A stretch of 64,000 nt of DNA from Clostridia bacterium (GTDB taxonomy: Bacteria; Bacillota; Clostridia; Christensenellales; Aristaeellaceae), in contig JAFQOD010000073.1 in NCBI GenBank assembly GCA_017395685.1, positions 5,341 through 69,340 on the forward strand. The letters are read 5' to 3'. Below are positions 19,659 through 30,203 of the stretch, in pieces. The notes beneath the pieces are model-generated. The model saw only the letters and a program-made list of their open reading frames with translations. It was not told the DNA's origin and searched no databases. Position 1 is the stretch's first letter, and each line of letters starts with the position of its first letter. The position numbers were made by a program, and so were the translations under genes.

Positions 19659-20831
19659 ATGGCTCACAAGTCTGAAATGATGGATGCAATCGAGGCGCTG
19701 GCCAAAGCAAAGGATATCAGCGTGGATCAGATCGTAAGCGCAGTGGAGGAAGGCTGCAAGGCCGCTTACCGCAAGTATGTAAAGCGGGGCGCCACCGCCC
19801 CCATGAATCTTTCCGTCATCCTCTCCCGGGAGCATGATGTGCAGATTTTTGCCCGCAAGGTGGTCTCTGAAGTGGTGGAGGATGACAGCCAGCAGATTCT
19901 GCTTTCCGACGCCCGGAAGATCCGCCCCAATTACGAACTGGGCGATATCGTGGAAATCGATGTCACCCCCGCCGATTTCGGCCGTGTGGCCGCCCAGACC
20001 GCCAAGCAGGTGATGCTCCAGCGGCTGCGGGAAGCAGAGCGGGGCAAGATCTACGATGAATATATCGAAAAAGAAAATGAAATTCTCACCGGCATCGTGG
20101 AGCGGGTGGAGCCCAAGGCCGTTTATGTGGAACTGGGCCGCACCGCCGGCATCCTGGAAGCCAGCGAATTCATGCCCGGGGAAGAATACCGCCCCGGCGA
20201 TCATATCAAGGTATATGTGCTGCAGGTATACCGCTCTGGCCGTGATGTGGGCAAGGCCCCTCAGGTGGCGGTAAGCCGCATCCATACCGGCCTGGTCAAG
20301 CGCCTCTTTGAAATGGAAGTGCCTGAAATCGCCACCGGTATCGTGCAGATCAAATCCATCGCCCGTGAGGCCGGCAGCCGCACCAAGATGGCCGTTTCCT
20401 CCCTGGATGCCATGATCGATCCTGTGGGTGCCTGCGTAGGCCCCCGGGGCAGCCGCGTGGATAAGGTGGTAGCGGAACTGAAGAACGAAAAGATTGATAT
20501 CATCAAGTGGTCCCAGGATCCTGCGGAATTTGTGGCCAATGCCCTCAATCCCGCCCATGTGGTCAGCGTGTTCGTTTCCGATCAGGAAAAGATCTGCCGC
20601 GTGGTGGTGCCCGATAACCAGCTGTCCCTGGCCATCGGCAAGGAAGGGCAGAATGCCCGCCTGGCTGCCAAGCTCACCGGCTGGAAGATTGATATCAAAT
20701 CCCAGACCCAGGTGGCCGAACTGATGCGCCAGGAAATGCCTGAGCTGCAGGAAGGCAATGGCCAGGTCATCGCCGACGCCGATGAATACGACGATTACGA
20801 AATTCCGCTCACCGACGACGATATCGAATAA
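19659..20831 (+). CDS. nusA: transcription termination/antitermination factor NusA
   Basis: N-terminal domain, S1 domain and two KH domains ([34 protein letters not shown]). Confidence 0.95.
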   Translation: MAHKSEMMDAIEALAKAKDISVDQIVSAVEEGCKAAYRKYVKRGATAPMNLSVILSREHDVQIFARKVVSEVVEDDSQQILLSDARKIRPNYELGDIVEIDVTPADFGRVAAQTAKQVMLQRLREAERGKIYDEYIEKENEILTGIVERVEPKAVYVELGRTAGILEASEFMPGEEYRPGDHIKVYVLQVYRSGRDVGKAPQVAVSRIHTGLVKRLFEMEVPEIATGIVQIKSIAREAGSRTKMAVSSLDAMIDPVGACVGPRGSRVDKVVAELKNEKIDIIKWSQDPAEFVANALNPAHVVSVFVSDQEKICRVVVPDNQLSLAIGKEGQNARLAAKLTGWKIDIKSQTQVAELMRQEMPELQEGNGQVIADADEYDDYEIPLTDDDIE

Positions 20832-20846
20832 ACAGGGGATGAACCC

Positions 20847-21128
20847 ATGAAAGAAAAAAAGGTGCCCATGCGGATGTGCGTGGGCTGCCGGGAAATGAAG
20901 CCCAAGCGGGAATTGATCCGGGTGGTGAAATCCCCGGAGGGGGCCGTTTCCATGGATCCCACGGGCCGCAAGCCGGGCAGGGGCGCCTATGTATGCAAAA
21001 GCGCCGAATGCCTGAAGAAGGCCATCAAGCATAAGCAGCTGGAAAGGGCGTTCGAATGCGCCCTGGGCGAGGAAACAAGCGCTTCGCTGCTCAATGAACT
21101 GCATACCCTGGAGGGGAAGACGGAGTGA
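20847..21128 (+). CDS. ylxR: YlxR/RnpM-family RNA-binding protein (DUF448)
   Basis: RMCVGCREMKPKRELIRVV...GRGAYVC is the conserved DUF448 motif; positioned in the nusA-infB operon. Confidence 0.8.
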   Translation: MKEKKVPMRMCVGCREMKPKRELIRVVKSPEGAVSMDPTGRKPGRGAYVCKSAECLKKAIKHKQLERAFECALGEETSASLLNELHTLEGKTE

Positions 21129-21490
21129 AGAAAATCGCGGGTCTTCTGGGCTTATGCAGCCGGGCCGGCCAGATCACCCTGGGCGCCGATCTTTCCCTGC
21201 GCCAGATCAAGGCGGGGAAGGCCGGATTGGCGCTGCTGGATGAAGGGGCCTCCCAGGGAACAAAGAAAAAAATCACCGATGCCTGCGCTTACCGGCATGT
21301 GCCCTTGCATATGCTGCCAGCAGGGGAAATATCCCGCGCCTGCGGCCGGGATGACCGGATGGCCGCGGTGATCGCACCGGGAAAACTATGCCAGCAGATG
21401 ATCCTTCTGCTTTCTGAGGCCGGGATCGCCGGCGTTCCAATGGATCAAAGGGAAAACAATGACAAATGCGGGGGTGCAAGCATCCAATGA
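21125..21490 (+). CDS. L7Ae-family ribosomal-protein-like protein (YlxQ-like)
   Basis: GTG start overlapping the ylxR stop; [16 protein letters not shown] matches L7Ae; conserved position before infB. Confidence 0.7.
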   Translation: MKKIAGLLGLCSRAGQITLGADLSLRQIKAGKAGLALLDEGASQGTKKKITDACAYRHVPLHMLPAGEISRACGRDDRMAAVIAPGKLCQQMILLLSEAGIAGVPMDQRENNDKCGGASIQ

Positions 21491-24400
21491 CCAAGGTAAA
21501 ACTGACTGAAGCCACCAAGGAAATCAATCAGCAGGCGGGCGTTATGCTGGAGGAGGCTGCGCGCATTAAGCGCAATATCGATAATGTGATGCAGTCGCTG
21601 CGCAAGCAGGAAGCAAAATTCCAGCGGGAAGAAGAAGAGGCCCGTGCCCGGAAACGGCAGGAGGAGCAGCAGCTCCTGGCCCAGCAGCATACCAAGGCCT
21701 GGACCATGCCGGATGAAGAGGAGGCCGCTCCCGTGAAGGAAGCGCCCAAGGCTGAGGAAAAGCCCGCCCCCAAGAAGGAAGAAAAGCCTGCGCCCAAGCA
21801 GGAAGCGCGCCCCGCTGAAAAGAAGAGCGCGCCTGTTGAAGCGCCTAAAAAGGAAGAAAAGCCTGCGGAAGTGAAGCCTGCCGCCGAAAAGAAAGCGGAA
21901 GAAAAGGCCCCCGCTCCCAAGGCCGCTGAAAAGCCTGCCGAGAAGAAGCCGGAGGAAAAGCCCCAGGTGAAGGCCGCCGAAAAGAAGGCAGAAGAAAAGC
22001 CTGTGGAAAAGAAGCCGGAAGAAAAGCCCCAGGCCAAGCCTGCTGAAAAGAAAGCGGAAGAAAAGCCCGCCCCCAAAGCCCCCGAGGCTCCCAAGACCCC
22101 CGAGGCCCCCAAGGCTGCCGCTCCCGCCGCTCCTGCTCAGCAGCAGCCCCAGGCTGCCCGGCCTGCAGCTCCCCAGGGAAGCCGCCCCGCTCCCGCCCCC
22201 GGCGCCCCCCGGCCCCAGGGCCCCTATGGCCGTCCCGCCAATCCTCAGGGCCCCTACGGCCGTCCCGCCAATCCCCAGGGCCCCTACGGCCGTCCTGCCA
22301 ATCCTCAGGGCCCCTACGGCCGTCCTGCCAATCCTCAGGCTGCCCAGGGCGGCCCCTATGGCCGTCCCGCCAATCCCCAGGGCCCCTATGGCCGTCCTGC
22401 CAATCCCCAGGCCCAGGGCCAGCCCGGCCAGTTTGGCCGCCCTGCTAACGGCCAGTTCGGCCGTCCCGCCGGCGGCCCCGGCGGCGCACCCCAGGGCGGC
22501 AATCGTCCCCCCATGGGCGGCGGAAATGCCGGCGGCAATCGCCCCATGGGCGGCAACCGGCCTATGGGCGGCGGCCGCAGCCGCGGCCCCGAACTGACCC
22601 CCGTGGTGGAAAAGGAAAGGGTCAGCAATTACGATCCCAATAAGAAAAATTATATCCGCCAGCACGATCCTGAGCATGTGGCCAAGAATCGTAAGCAGCT
22701 GGTGAAGGAATCCTTCAACGGCTACGATGATGAAACCGTCCGCGGCGGCAAGCGTGCCCGGGCCAGCAAGAAGCAGCCCTCCGCCCAGCAGATGATGGCC
22801 CCCATCAAGATCGAAAAGGCCTATATGACTGCTGAAACCATCACCGTCAAGGATCTGACCGAGCGCATCGGCAAGCCCGCCGGTGAAATCCTCAAAAAGC
22901 TTCTGATGCTGGGCATCATGTCCAATATCAACAGCGAGCTGGATTTTGATACCGCATCCCTGGTCTGCTCCGAATTCGAAGTGGAGCTGGAAATGAAGCT
23001 GGATAAGACTGCTGAAGACGCCCTCTCCGAAACCAATGTGCAGGATGCGGAAGAGGATCTGCAGCCCCGTCCCCCCGTCATCACCATCATGGGCCACGTT
23101 GACCACGGCAAGACCAGCCTGCTGGACTATATCCGCAAGGCCCACGTCACCACCACCGAGGCCGGCGGCATCACCCAGCATATCGGCGCTTATACCGTCA
23201 AGCTGAACGGCCGTCAGATCACCTTCCTGGATACCCCCGGCCACGAGGCCTTCACCGCCATGCGTATGCGCGGTACCCAGGCCACCGATATCGCCGTGCT
23301 GGTGGTTGCCGCCGATGACGGCGTAATGCCCCAGACCATCGAATCCATCAACCACGCCAAGGCTGCCGACGTGCCCATCGTGGTTGCCATCAACAAGATG
23401 GATAAACCCACCGCCAATCCTGACCGGATCATGCAGGATCTGACCAAGTATAACCTGGTGCCTGAAGCCTGGGGCGGCGAAACCATCATGGTGCCCGTTT
23501 CCGCCCTCACCGGCGAAGGCGTGGAAGATCTGCTGGAAATGATCCTGCTCCAGGCCGATGTGCAGCAGCTGCGGGCCAATCCCGATCGTATGGCCACCGG
23601 CGTTATCATCGAAGCCAAGCTGGATAAGGCAAGGGGCCCCCTGGCCACCGTGCTGATCCAGAACGGCACCCTGAAGGTGGGCGATAACATCGTTGCCGGT
23701 ATGGCGTCCGGCCGTGTCCGCGCCATGCTCAATGACCGGGGCGAACGGGTGCAGACCGCCGGCCCCTCCACCCCTGTGGAAATTGCCGGCTTTACCGAAG
23801 TGCCCCTGGCCGGTGATGAAATGCTGGCGGTGAAGGATGATCATCTGAGCCGTCAGGTGGCCCAGGAGCGCAAGGATAAGGAAAAGGCTGCCCGGGTCAA
23901 TGCCTCTGCCAAGGTATCCCTGGATAATCTGTTTGCCGGCATCTCCGAAGGCAAGGTGCAGAACCTGAATATCATCGTCAAGGCTGACGTGCAGGGCTCC
24001 GTGGAAGCTGTGAAGCAGGCCCTGGAAAAGCTGAGCAATGATGAAGTGAAGATCCGCATCCTCCACTCCGCCGTGGGCGCCGTGACCAAGGATGACGTAA
24101 ACCTGGCCTCCGCCTTCAATGCCATCATTATCGGCTTCAATATCCGCCCCGATGCTACCGCCCGGGAAGCCGCGGAGAAGGAAGAAGTGGATATCCGCCT
24201 CTACCGCATCATCTATCAGGCCATCGAGGATGTGGAGAAGGCCATGAAGGGCCTGCTGGCCCCCGAATATAAGGAAGTGCTGCTGGGCCATGCTCAGGTG
24301 CGCAATGTGTTCAAGATCACGGGCGCAGGCACCATCGCCGGTTCCTATGTGACCGACGGCAAGGTGCAGCGCAATGCCTCCGTTCGTCTGCTGCGGGATA

Positions 24401-24564
24401 ACGTGGTTATCTTCGAAGGCAAGCTTTCCTCCCTGCGCCGCTTCAAGGATGACGTGCGCGAGGTCAATTCCGGCTATGAATGCGGTATCGGCCTGGAGGG
24501 CTACAACGATATCAAGGAAAATGACGTTGTGGAATGCTTCGTGATGGAAGAAATCGAACGATAA
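21487..24564 (+). CDS. infB: translation initiation factor IF-2 with expanded low-complexity N-terminal region
   Basis: Start MTKVKLTE overlapping the L7Ae stop. G-domain [24 protein letters not shown], plus C-terminal IF2 domains. N-terminal [11 protein letters not shown] and [10 protein letters not shown] tandem repeats. Confidence 0.95.
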   Translation: MTKVKLTEATKEINQQAGVMLEEAARIKRNIDNVMQSLRKQEAKFQREEEEARARKRQEEQQLLAQQHTKAWTMPDEEEAAPVKEAPKAEEKPAPKKEEKPAPKQEARPAEKKSAPVEAPKKEEKPAEVKPAAEKKAEEKAPAPKAAEKPAEKKPEEKPQVKAAEKKAEEKPVEKKPEEKPQAKPAEKKAEEKPAPKAPEAPKTPEAPKAAAPAAPAQQQPQAARPAAPQGSRPAPAPGAPRPQGPYGRPANPQGPYGRPANPQGPYGRPANPQGPYGRPANPQAAQGGPYGRPANPQGPYGRPANPQAQGQPGQFGRPANGQFGRPAGGPGGAPQGGNRPPMGGGNAGGNRPMGGNRPMGGGRSRGPELTPVVEKERVSNYDPNKKNYIRQHDPEHVAKNRKQLVKESFNGYDDETVRGGKRARASKKQPSAQQMMAPIKIEKAYMTAETITVKDLTERIGKPAGEILKKLLMLGIMSNINSELDFDTASLVCSEFEVELEMKLDKTAEDALSETNVQDAEEDLQPRPPVITIMGHVDHGKTSLLDYIRKAHVTTTEAGGITQHIGAYTVKLNGRQITFLDTPGHEAFTAMRMRGTQATDIAVLVVAADDGVMPQTIESINHAKAADVPIVVAINKMDKPTANPDRIMQDLTKYNLVPEAWGGETIMVPVSALTGEGVEDLLEMILLQADVQQLRANPDRMATGVIIEAKLDKARGPLATVLIQNGTLKVGDNIVAGMASGRVRAMLNDRGERVQTAGPSTPVEIAGFTEVPLAGDEMLAVKDDHLSRQVAQERKDKEKAARVNASAKVSLDNLFAGISEGKVQNLNIIVKADVQGSVEAVKQALEKLSNDEVKIRILHSAVGAVTKDDVNLASAFNAIIIGFNIRPDATAREAAEKEEVDIRLYRIIYQAIEDVEKAMKGLLAPEYKEVLLGHAQVRNVFKITGAGTIAGSYVTDGKVQRNASVRLLRDNVVIFEGKLSSLRRFKDDVREVNSGYECGIGLEGYNDIKENDVVECFVMEEIER
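22201..22440 (+). repeat. in-frame 30-bp tandem repeats (about 7 copies, [10 protein letters not shown]) within infB
   Basis: GGCCCCTA(T/C)GGCCGTCC(C/T)GCCAATCC(T/C)CAG is repeated head-to-tail. A second, degenerate [14 protein letters not shown] repeat set spans 21770-22090. Confidence 0.85.
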
Positions 24565-24815
24565 GAAACGTGGGATATTTGCGGGAGGATGCTTTTGAAG
24601 TCAAAAGCACCCTCCTGCACCCTCCAGAAAACCAATCCGGGATGAAACAACAGAAAGTCAAGTTTTTTCTTTCCCCGTGCTTTAGCATAACAAGCAATTA
24701 GAAACAGCGACAGTAATTTTCTGAAAGGAAAAGGGATGGCTTTCTTTGGGAGAGCGCGAGAGGGTCTTTCTTTCTCCTGAAAGAAAGGCCTTCTCGCATG
24801 AAGAAAGGGATATTC

Positions 24816-25181
24816 ATGGCAAGTTTTCGTATTGATAGAATTTCTGAGGAAGTGCGCCACGCCATCGATGCCATCATCCGGGAAATGAATGATCCCCGCA
24901 TCTGCGGCACCTATTGCGTCACTCGTGTTGATGTGACCCGGGATCTGCGCTTTGCCAAGGTATTTGTAAGCGTGCTGGAGGATGACAAGGCGGATGATAT
25001 GATCAAGGCGCTGAAGAAGGCGGCAGGCTTTATCCGCAGGGAGCTGGGCTTCCGGGTGGATCTGCGCTACACCCCCGAATTGATCTTTGAACGGGATCGG
25101 AATATCGCCTATGGCGTACATATTGCCCAGGTGCTGCGGGATGTGGCGCCCAAGGAGGATCAGAATGCAGGCGAAGAATAA
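24816..25181 (+). CDS. rbfA: ribosome-binding factor A
   Basis: MASFRIDRISEEVRHAIDAII...VTRVDVTRDLRFAKVFVSV matches RbfA. The ATG at 24816 has RBS AAAGGGA; the alternative start 24798 is less supported. Confidence 0.9.
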   Translation: MASFRIDRISEEVRHAIDAIIREMNDPRICGTYCVTRVDVTRDLRFAKVFVSVLEDDKADDMIKALKKAAGFIRRELGFRVDLRYTPELIFERDRNIAYGVHIAQVLRDVAPKEDQNAGEE

Positions 25182-26154
25182 TCTGCCCTGCGAAGAAATG
25201 CTGTCCGCGCTGAAAGGTGCGAACAGCATCTTACTTTGCACCCATATTTCCCCGGACGGGGACGCCATCGGATCCACCCTGGCCATGGGCATGGCCCTGG
25301 AGGGCATGGGCAAAAAGGTGACCTATGCCTGTCAGGATCCGGTGCCCGGTTATCTGCAGTTTCTGCCGGGCTGGGAAAAATTCATCCAGGCAGAGGCGCT
25401 GGAAGGAATGAAATTTGACGCCGCCCTGGCCATTGACGCATCCGATCTGGGGCGACAGGGAAAAATCGGGGTATATTATCAGGGGGCGCCTGTTACCCTG
25501 CAGATTGATCATCATGTGACCAATCCCCTGTATGCCGCCCACAATTTTGTGGATGGGGACGCCGCTGCCAGCGGCTGCCTGATCGGCCGGATGCTGGATG
25601 CCCTGGGCGCGGCCATCACAAAAGAGATGGCCGTCTGCCTGTATGCGGCCATCAGCACCGATACGGGCAATTTCTGCTTCAAGAATACGGATGGGGAGGC
25701 ATTTTACTGGGCTTCCCGGCTGATGGAGGCTGGGCTGGATCTGAATGACGCCGCCCGGCGGCTGCATCTGATGCGGGAGGAGGCCCATGTGCGCCTGCTG
25801 GGCCGGGCGCTGCTTTCCCTGAGAATTTTCGGGAATGGGAAATGCGCCTGCATGCGCCTTACCCATCAGGATTATCTGGATGCAGGGGCGGGCCCGGAGC
25901 ATACCGATAAGATCGTCAATTATGCCCTGGATCTTCCCGGGGTGGAGATGGCCTATCTGGCGGATGAGCGGAAAATCGGGGAAACCAAGGTGAGCCTGCG
26001 GGCACAGCCTCCCCGGGATGTGGCCTCCATCGCCCGGCAATTGGGGGGCGGCGGCCATGTGCTGGCGGCAGGATGCCGTGGGGAGATGCCCCTGGATGAA
26101 ATGTGCGCCCTGCTGGAAAAGGCATTTCTTGCACAGATTGAGGAAGAAAAATGA
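25165..26154 (+). CDS. nrnA: DHH-family phosphoesterase (NrnA-like bifunctional oligoribonuclease/pAp phosphatase)
   Basis: Start MQAKNN overlapping the rbfA end. DHH motifs (CTHISPDGDAIGS, IDHHVT) and a DHHA1 C-terminal GGGH. Confidence 0.8.
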   Translation: MQAKNNLPCEEMLSALKGANSILLCTHISPDGDAIGSTLAMGMALEGMGKKVTYACQDPVPGYLQFLPGWEKFIQAEALEGMKFDAALAIDASDLGRQGKIGVYYQGAPVTLQIDHHVTNPLYAAHNFVDGDAAASGCLIGRMLDALGAAITKEMAVCLYAAISTDTGNFCFKNTDGEAFYWASRLMEAGLDLNDAARRLHLMREEAHVRLLGRALLSLRIFGNGKCACMRLTHQDYLDAGAGPEHTDKIVNYALDLPGVEMAYLADERKIGETKVSLRAQPPRDVASIARQLGGGGHVLAAGCRGEMPLDEMCALLEKAFLAQIEEEK

Positions 26155-27038
26155 ATGGATTTTTGAATCTGCTCAAGCCCCCGGGTATGTCCTCCGGGGC
26201 GGCGGTGGCTGTGGTGAAGCGGCTCTGCGGGGAAAAGGTGGGCCATGCGGGCACCCTGGATCCGGAGGCCAGCGGCGTTTTGCCCATTATGGTGGGCAGG
26301 GCCACCAGGCTGTTGGATTACTTCACCGATAAGAGCAAATCTTACGTGGCGGAAATCGCCTTTGCCGGGGCTACCGATACCCAGGACGCCCAGGGTACAG
26401 TGATTGAAAAATGCGGCCGCGTGCCCGACAGGGAAGAGATTGAAGGTATTCTGCCTCAGTTCCGGGGAGATATTCTGCAATGCCCCCCTGCTTATTCCGC
26501 CCTGAAAAGGGATGGGGTGCCCCTCTATGCCCTGGCAAGAAAGGGGCAGATGGTGGAAACGGAAGGCCGGCTCACCCTGATCCGGCAGCTGGAACTGGGC
26601 GAAAAAACCGGGAAAGACGGCTATATGCTGCATGTGGATTGCGGCAGCGGCACCTATATCCGCACCCTGTGCCATGATATCGGCAGGGCGCTGAACGCCC
26701 CTTCCCATATGCGCTTTCTTTTGCGCACCCGGCACGGATCCTTCTCCCTGGAGAATGCATATACAATTGAAGAAATCCAGCAGGCGGCAGCGGAAGGCCA
26801 TCTGGCGAAGATGCTGCTTCCCCTGGATCATCCCCTGCAGGGAATGCCCCTGATCCATGTACCCCCCAGGTTCGGCAAGATGGCCCTCAACGGATCCAAG
26901 CTGCCGGGCCGTCTTTCCGGGGATATCCCGGAGGGGGAAAAATTCCGGGTCTGCCTGGAGGGACGCTTCATCGGCATTGCCCACCGGAGCGGGGAGGAAA
27001 TCCGCTTTGATATGGGCCTGACCGGAGGGGACGCATGA
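26151..27038 (+). CDS. truB: tRNA pseudouridine(55) synthase TruB
   Basis: GFLNLLKPPGMSS...HAGTLDPEASGVLPI (catalytic Asp) and a PUA-like C-terminus. Confidence 0.9.
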   Translation: MNGFLNLLKPPGMSSGAAVAVVKRLCGEKVGHAGTLDPEASGVLPIMVGRATRLLDYFTDKSKSYVAEIAFAGATDTQDAQGTVIEKCGRVPDREEIEGILPQFRGDILQCPPAYSALKRDGVPLYALARKGQMVETEGRLTLIRQLELGEKTGKDGYMLHVDCGSGTYIRTLCHDIGRALNAPSHMRFLLRTRHGSFSLENAYTIEEIQQAAAEGHLAKMLLPLDHPLQGMPLIHVPPRFGKMALNGSKLPGRLSGDIPEGEKFRVCLEGRFIGIAHRSGEEIRFDMGLTGGDA

Positions 27039-27787
27039 AGATTTTTGCAATCAAGCCCCTGCGCTGCCTTATTGTGGCGCTGTTCTGGCTGGGGATATGG
27101 TATCTGGCGGCGTATCGGATCAATCTGCCCCTGATTCTGCCGGGGCCGGTGGATACGGTAAAGGCGCTGATCCGTTTGGCCCAGACCCTGGATTTCTGGA
27201 AAAGCACGGGCTATACCCTGGTACGGGTGATCGTGGGTTTTTCAGTGGCAGTGATCCTGGGAGCGGCTTTGGGGGCGCTGTGCCATTTTTTTGCCCTGGC
27301 GGAGATTTTTCTATCCCCCCTCCGCACCATCATCAAGGCCACGCCGGTCACCTCCTTTATCATGCTGGTGCTTTTGTGGGTGGCCAAGGGGCAGGTGCCT
27401 GCCTTTATTTCCTTTCTGATGGTGCTGCCCATCGTATGGACGGGGATGCAGGGGGCGCTGTCCGCAACGGACAGGAATCTGCTGGAGATGGGGGCGGCCT
27501 ATCGCTTTTCCTTCTGGAAAAAGCTGCGGTGGATCTACTGGCCCTCGGTGCGGCCCCATTTTATGGCCTCCTCCATGACGGGGCTGGGCTTTGCCTGGAA
27601 ATCCGGCATTGCGGCGGAGGTTATCGCCCTGCCCGCCTTCGGGGTGGGATCCAATCTGTATAACACCAAGATTTATCTGGAGCGGGAGGAGCTGTTCGCC
27701 TGGACGCTGACGGTGATCCTTTTATCCATGGCCCTGGAAATGCTGCTGAAAAAGGCCGTTGGCCGGGTGCGGGGAGGGAAAGCCTGA
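27035..27787 (+). CDS. ABC transporter permease (NitT/TauT/SsuC-like)
   Basis: Six TM helices and a BPD_transp_1 EAA-like loop; overlaps the truB stop by 4 nt. Confidence 0.8.
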   Translation: MKIFAIKPLRCLIVALFWLGIWYLAAYRINLPLILPGPVDTVKALIRLAQTLDFWKSTGYTLVRVIVGFSVAVILGAALGALCHFFALAEIFLSPLRTIIKATPVTSFIMLVLLWVAKGQVPAFISFLMVLPIVWTGMQGALSATDRNLLEMGAAYRFSFWKKLRWIYWPSVRPHFMASSMTGLGFAWKSGIAAEVIALPAFGVGSNLYNTKIYLEREELFAWTLTVILLSMALEMLLKKAVGRVRGGKA

Positions 27788-28338
27788 TGGAACTTGTGCA
27801 TGTGACGGCGGGCTATCCCGGGAAGACCGTTTTTCAGGATCTGTGCCTGCAATTGCCCGATGCCGGGGCGGTGGCGCTGATGGGCCCCTCCGGCTTTGGC
27901 AAAACCACCCTGCTGCGATTGATCGGGGGGCTTCTGCGGCCGGAAAGCGGGGAAATAACCGGCATTCAGGGCAAAAAAATATCCTTCCTTTTTCAGGAGG
28001 ACCGGCTGCTGCCCTGGGCTACGGCGGAAAAGAATGTGGCCCTGGTCAGTGATGAAGACAAGGCCCGGTACTGGCTTTCCCGGATGGAAATTGAAAACGC
28101 CGCTCAATACCCTGCCCAGATGAGCGGGGGCATGCAGCGGCGGGTGGCCCTGGCCAGGGCCATGGCATTTGGGGGCGATATTCTGATTCTGGATGAGCCC
28201 TTCAAGGGCCTGGATGAGGCGCTCAGGGAAAGGATCGCAGGCCGCATCCGGGATGTATTCCCCCTCACCATCCTCTCCGTGCATGATAAGGCGGAGGCGG
28301 AACTGATGGGGGCTGCCATCATCCAATTGGATCAATAA
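27787..28338 (+). CDS. ABC transporter ATP-binding protein (compact, 183 aa)
   Basis: Walker A GPSGFGKTT, signature MSGGMQRRVALARA, Walker B ILILDEP, H-loop SVHD. Confidence 0.8.
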   Translation: MELVHVTAGYPGKTVFQDLCLQLPDAGAVALMGPSGFGKTTLLRLIGGLLRPESGEITGIQGKKISFLFQEDRLLPWATAEKNVALVSDEDKARYWLSRMEIENAAQYPAQMSGGMQRRVALARAMAFGGDILILDEPFKGLDEALRERIAGRIRDVFPLTILSVHDKAEAELMGAAIIQLDQ

Positions 28339-28342
28339 GGGT

Positions 28343-28885
28343 TCATTCCGCCGGGGGAATGGTGACGAATGCGGGCACTTTCCCCACGGCGGGCAGAAAA
28401 ATTTCAAAAAAATCCTGCATTTCAAGGCGGATGGATGCGGTGTTCACGCAAGGGTGGCACCCAAGCATCTCCGCCTTTTTGATATCCTCATCTATAACCA
28501 GGCGGATATCTTTTGCGCTGTCAAAGATCAGGCCCATGGGGCTGACCGCCCCGGGGGCGATGTGCAGAATGCGCTGCATATCCTCCGCTGTTCCGAAGGA
28601 AAGGCGGCTGACCCCCAGCTGCCTGGATACATCCTTGGTTTTGAAGGATTTGGTTTCCTGGATCATCAGCAGATAAAATACCGTCTTCTGGGCATTGCAC
28701 AGGAATAAATTTTTGCAGATTTCGCCCCCCAGCGCCCGGTCGATGGCCAGGCAATCCTCCATGGTGTGCACCGGCTCATGATCGATGCGATGGAAGGGAA
28801 TGCGATGGGCATCGAGAAACTGATAGACTGCCGCTTCATTTTCGGGCCGGGGATCGGATGGGGCGCCAGACTGGAGAAGATACAT
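28343..28885 (-). CDS. YbaK/ProX-like aminoacyl-tRNA deacylase domain protein
   Basis: Start MYLLQSG (complement 28883-28885). YbaK/ProX fold motifs (KNLFLCNAQKTVFYLLM, HIAPGAVSPMG). The track ORF begins at a TTG further upstream. Confidence 0.6.
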   Translation of the reverse strand: MYLLQSGAPSDPRPENEAAVYQFLDAHRIPFHRIDHEPVHTMEDCLAIDRALGGEICKNLFLCNAQKTVFYLLMIQETKSFKTKDVSRQLGVSRLSFGTAEDMQRILHIAPGAVSPMGLIFDSAKDIRLVIDEDIKKAEMLGCHPCVNTASIRLEMQDFFEIFLPAVGKVPAFVTIPPAE

Positions 28886-29002
28886 CAATAAACCCTCCTG
28901 AAAATCATACATATGGGTAAGGTAGCACAGCCAAAGAAAAAATGCAAGGATGCCCTGGGACAAGAAAATTAGAAAAAATCAGAAAAGACCTGTGCCAGAT
29001 TA

Positions 29003-29031
29003 TTGACAAGGATTGATAATCCTATTATAAT
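29003..29031 (+). promoter_or_regulatory. consensus sigma70 promoter upstream of LacI-family regulator / sugar locus
   Basis: TTGACA, 17-nt spacer, TATAAT in an AT-rich 200-bp intergenic region. Confidence 0.5.
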
Positions 29032-29037
29032 GTAAAT

Positions 29038-29051
29038 AGAAACCGGTTACT
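29038..29051. promoter_or_regulatory. candidate LacI-family operator (imperfect palindrome)
   Basis: AGAAACC|GGTTACT, one mismatch, centred about 15 nt downstream of the -10 hexamer. Confidence 0.3.
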
Positions 29052-29186
29052 CAAACCAGAAAACACATGGATATAGACAATTGTTATGATGAAAGCCTTT
29101 CTTTCCTTAAAAAGCTTTTGAATAACAAAGGAATTATTTCATTTCATCCGTCGCCTTGATCGAGGCAGCTGAAAAGGATGTGGGAT

Positions 29187-30188
29187 ATGAATTACAGCAT
29201 TTCCGATGTGGCGCGACGTGCAGGGGTTTCCACCGCCACGGTGTCCCGGGTGATGAATAATAAAACCAACGGCGTCAGCAGCAGCACCCGGGAGCGGGTA
29301 CTGGCGATCATGGAGGAAATGAATTACCGTCCCAGCCAGCTGGCCAGAAGCATTGCGCTGAATCATTCCAATATTATCGGCGTGATCATTCCGGATGTAT
29401 CCAATCTGTTTTATCCCCAGATGCTGCGGGGAATCGATGATTATCTGAACACCAGGGGCTATTCCATGATGCTGTTCAATTCCGATTCCGATCCGGAGAG
29501 GGAAAAGAAACAGCTGCTTTCCATGGTGGATAACCGGGTGGACGGGGTGATTCTCTGCTCCGGCGTCAGCAATGAAGCCTTTCTGAAGGAATACCGCACC
29601 TACGGCATGCCCCTGGCCCTGATCGGCCGTACCTTTGACAGCGCCTATGCCGATTGCAGCATTATCGGCGATAATGAGCAGGGCATGTATGATTCTGCCA
29701 GCCTGATGCTCAGCCACGGGCATAAGCGCATCCTGTATCTGGATGGCACGGCGGGGGCGGCGGGCCCTATTTACCGGCTGCGTGGATATCGCCACGCATT
29801 GCAGGATGGGGGCGTAACCCCGGATGAAGGGCTGATCCTGCGGGGGGAATTTTCCATTCAGTTTGGCTACGATATGGTGCTGAGCCTGCTGGATGAGGGC
29901 AAGGAATTTACGGCTATCGTATCGGGCAGCGATCTGGTGGCCATCGGGGCCATCAAGGCCCTGCGCAGCCGGGGCATCCGGGTGCCGGAGGATATTGAGG
30001 TGATGGGCTTTGATAATATCGAGCTTTCTGAGATTTTCGAGCCCAAACTATCCACTGTTTCCAAACCCCATTACGAAATTGCATCCCAGGCGGCAAAAAT
30101 GCTGATTTCAACCATTGAAAATGAGGAATTGCCCATCCGCCGCATGACGGTCGCATCCACGCTGATTCTGCGGGATACCACCCGCTGA
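29187..30188 (+). CDS. LacI-family transcriptional regulator
   Basis: HTH MNYSISDVARRAGVSTATVSRVMN followed by a periplasmic-binding-like sugar-binding domain. Start 29187 is preferred over 29178 on RBS spacing. Confidence 0.85.
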   Translation: MNYSISDVARRAGVSTATVSRVMNNKTNGVSSSTRERVLAIMEEMNYRPSQLARSIALNHSNIIGVIIPDVSNLFYPQMLRGIDDYLNTRGYSMMLFNSDSDPEREKKQLLSMVDNRVDGVILCSGVSNEAFLKEYRTYGMPLALIGRTFDSAYADCSIIGDNEQGMYDSASLMLSHGHKRILYLDGTAGAAGPIYRLRGYRHALQDGGVTPDEGLILRGEFSIQFGYDMVLSLLDEGKEFTAIVSGSDLVAIGAIKALRSRGIRVPEDIEVMGFDNIELSEIFEPKLSTVSKPHYEIASQAAKMLISTIENEELPIRRMTVASTLILRDTTR

Positions 30189-30203
30189 TTAATAAATAAG
30201 GAG

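Noticed and set aside
22201-22440. Regularly spaced 30-bp repeats, considered as a CRISPR-like array
   Set aside because: The repeats are in-frame coding repeats inside infB with no spacers. RCC1, LRR and zinc-ribbon repeats elsewhere are likewise protein-coding. No cas genes are present.
24565-24815. 250-bp infB-rbfA spacer with two hairpins, considered as a riboswitch or sRNA
   Set aside because: Neither hairpin is followed by a T-run, and I recognise no known regulatory RNA signature. It is probably an inter-cistronic processing or attenuation region at most.
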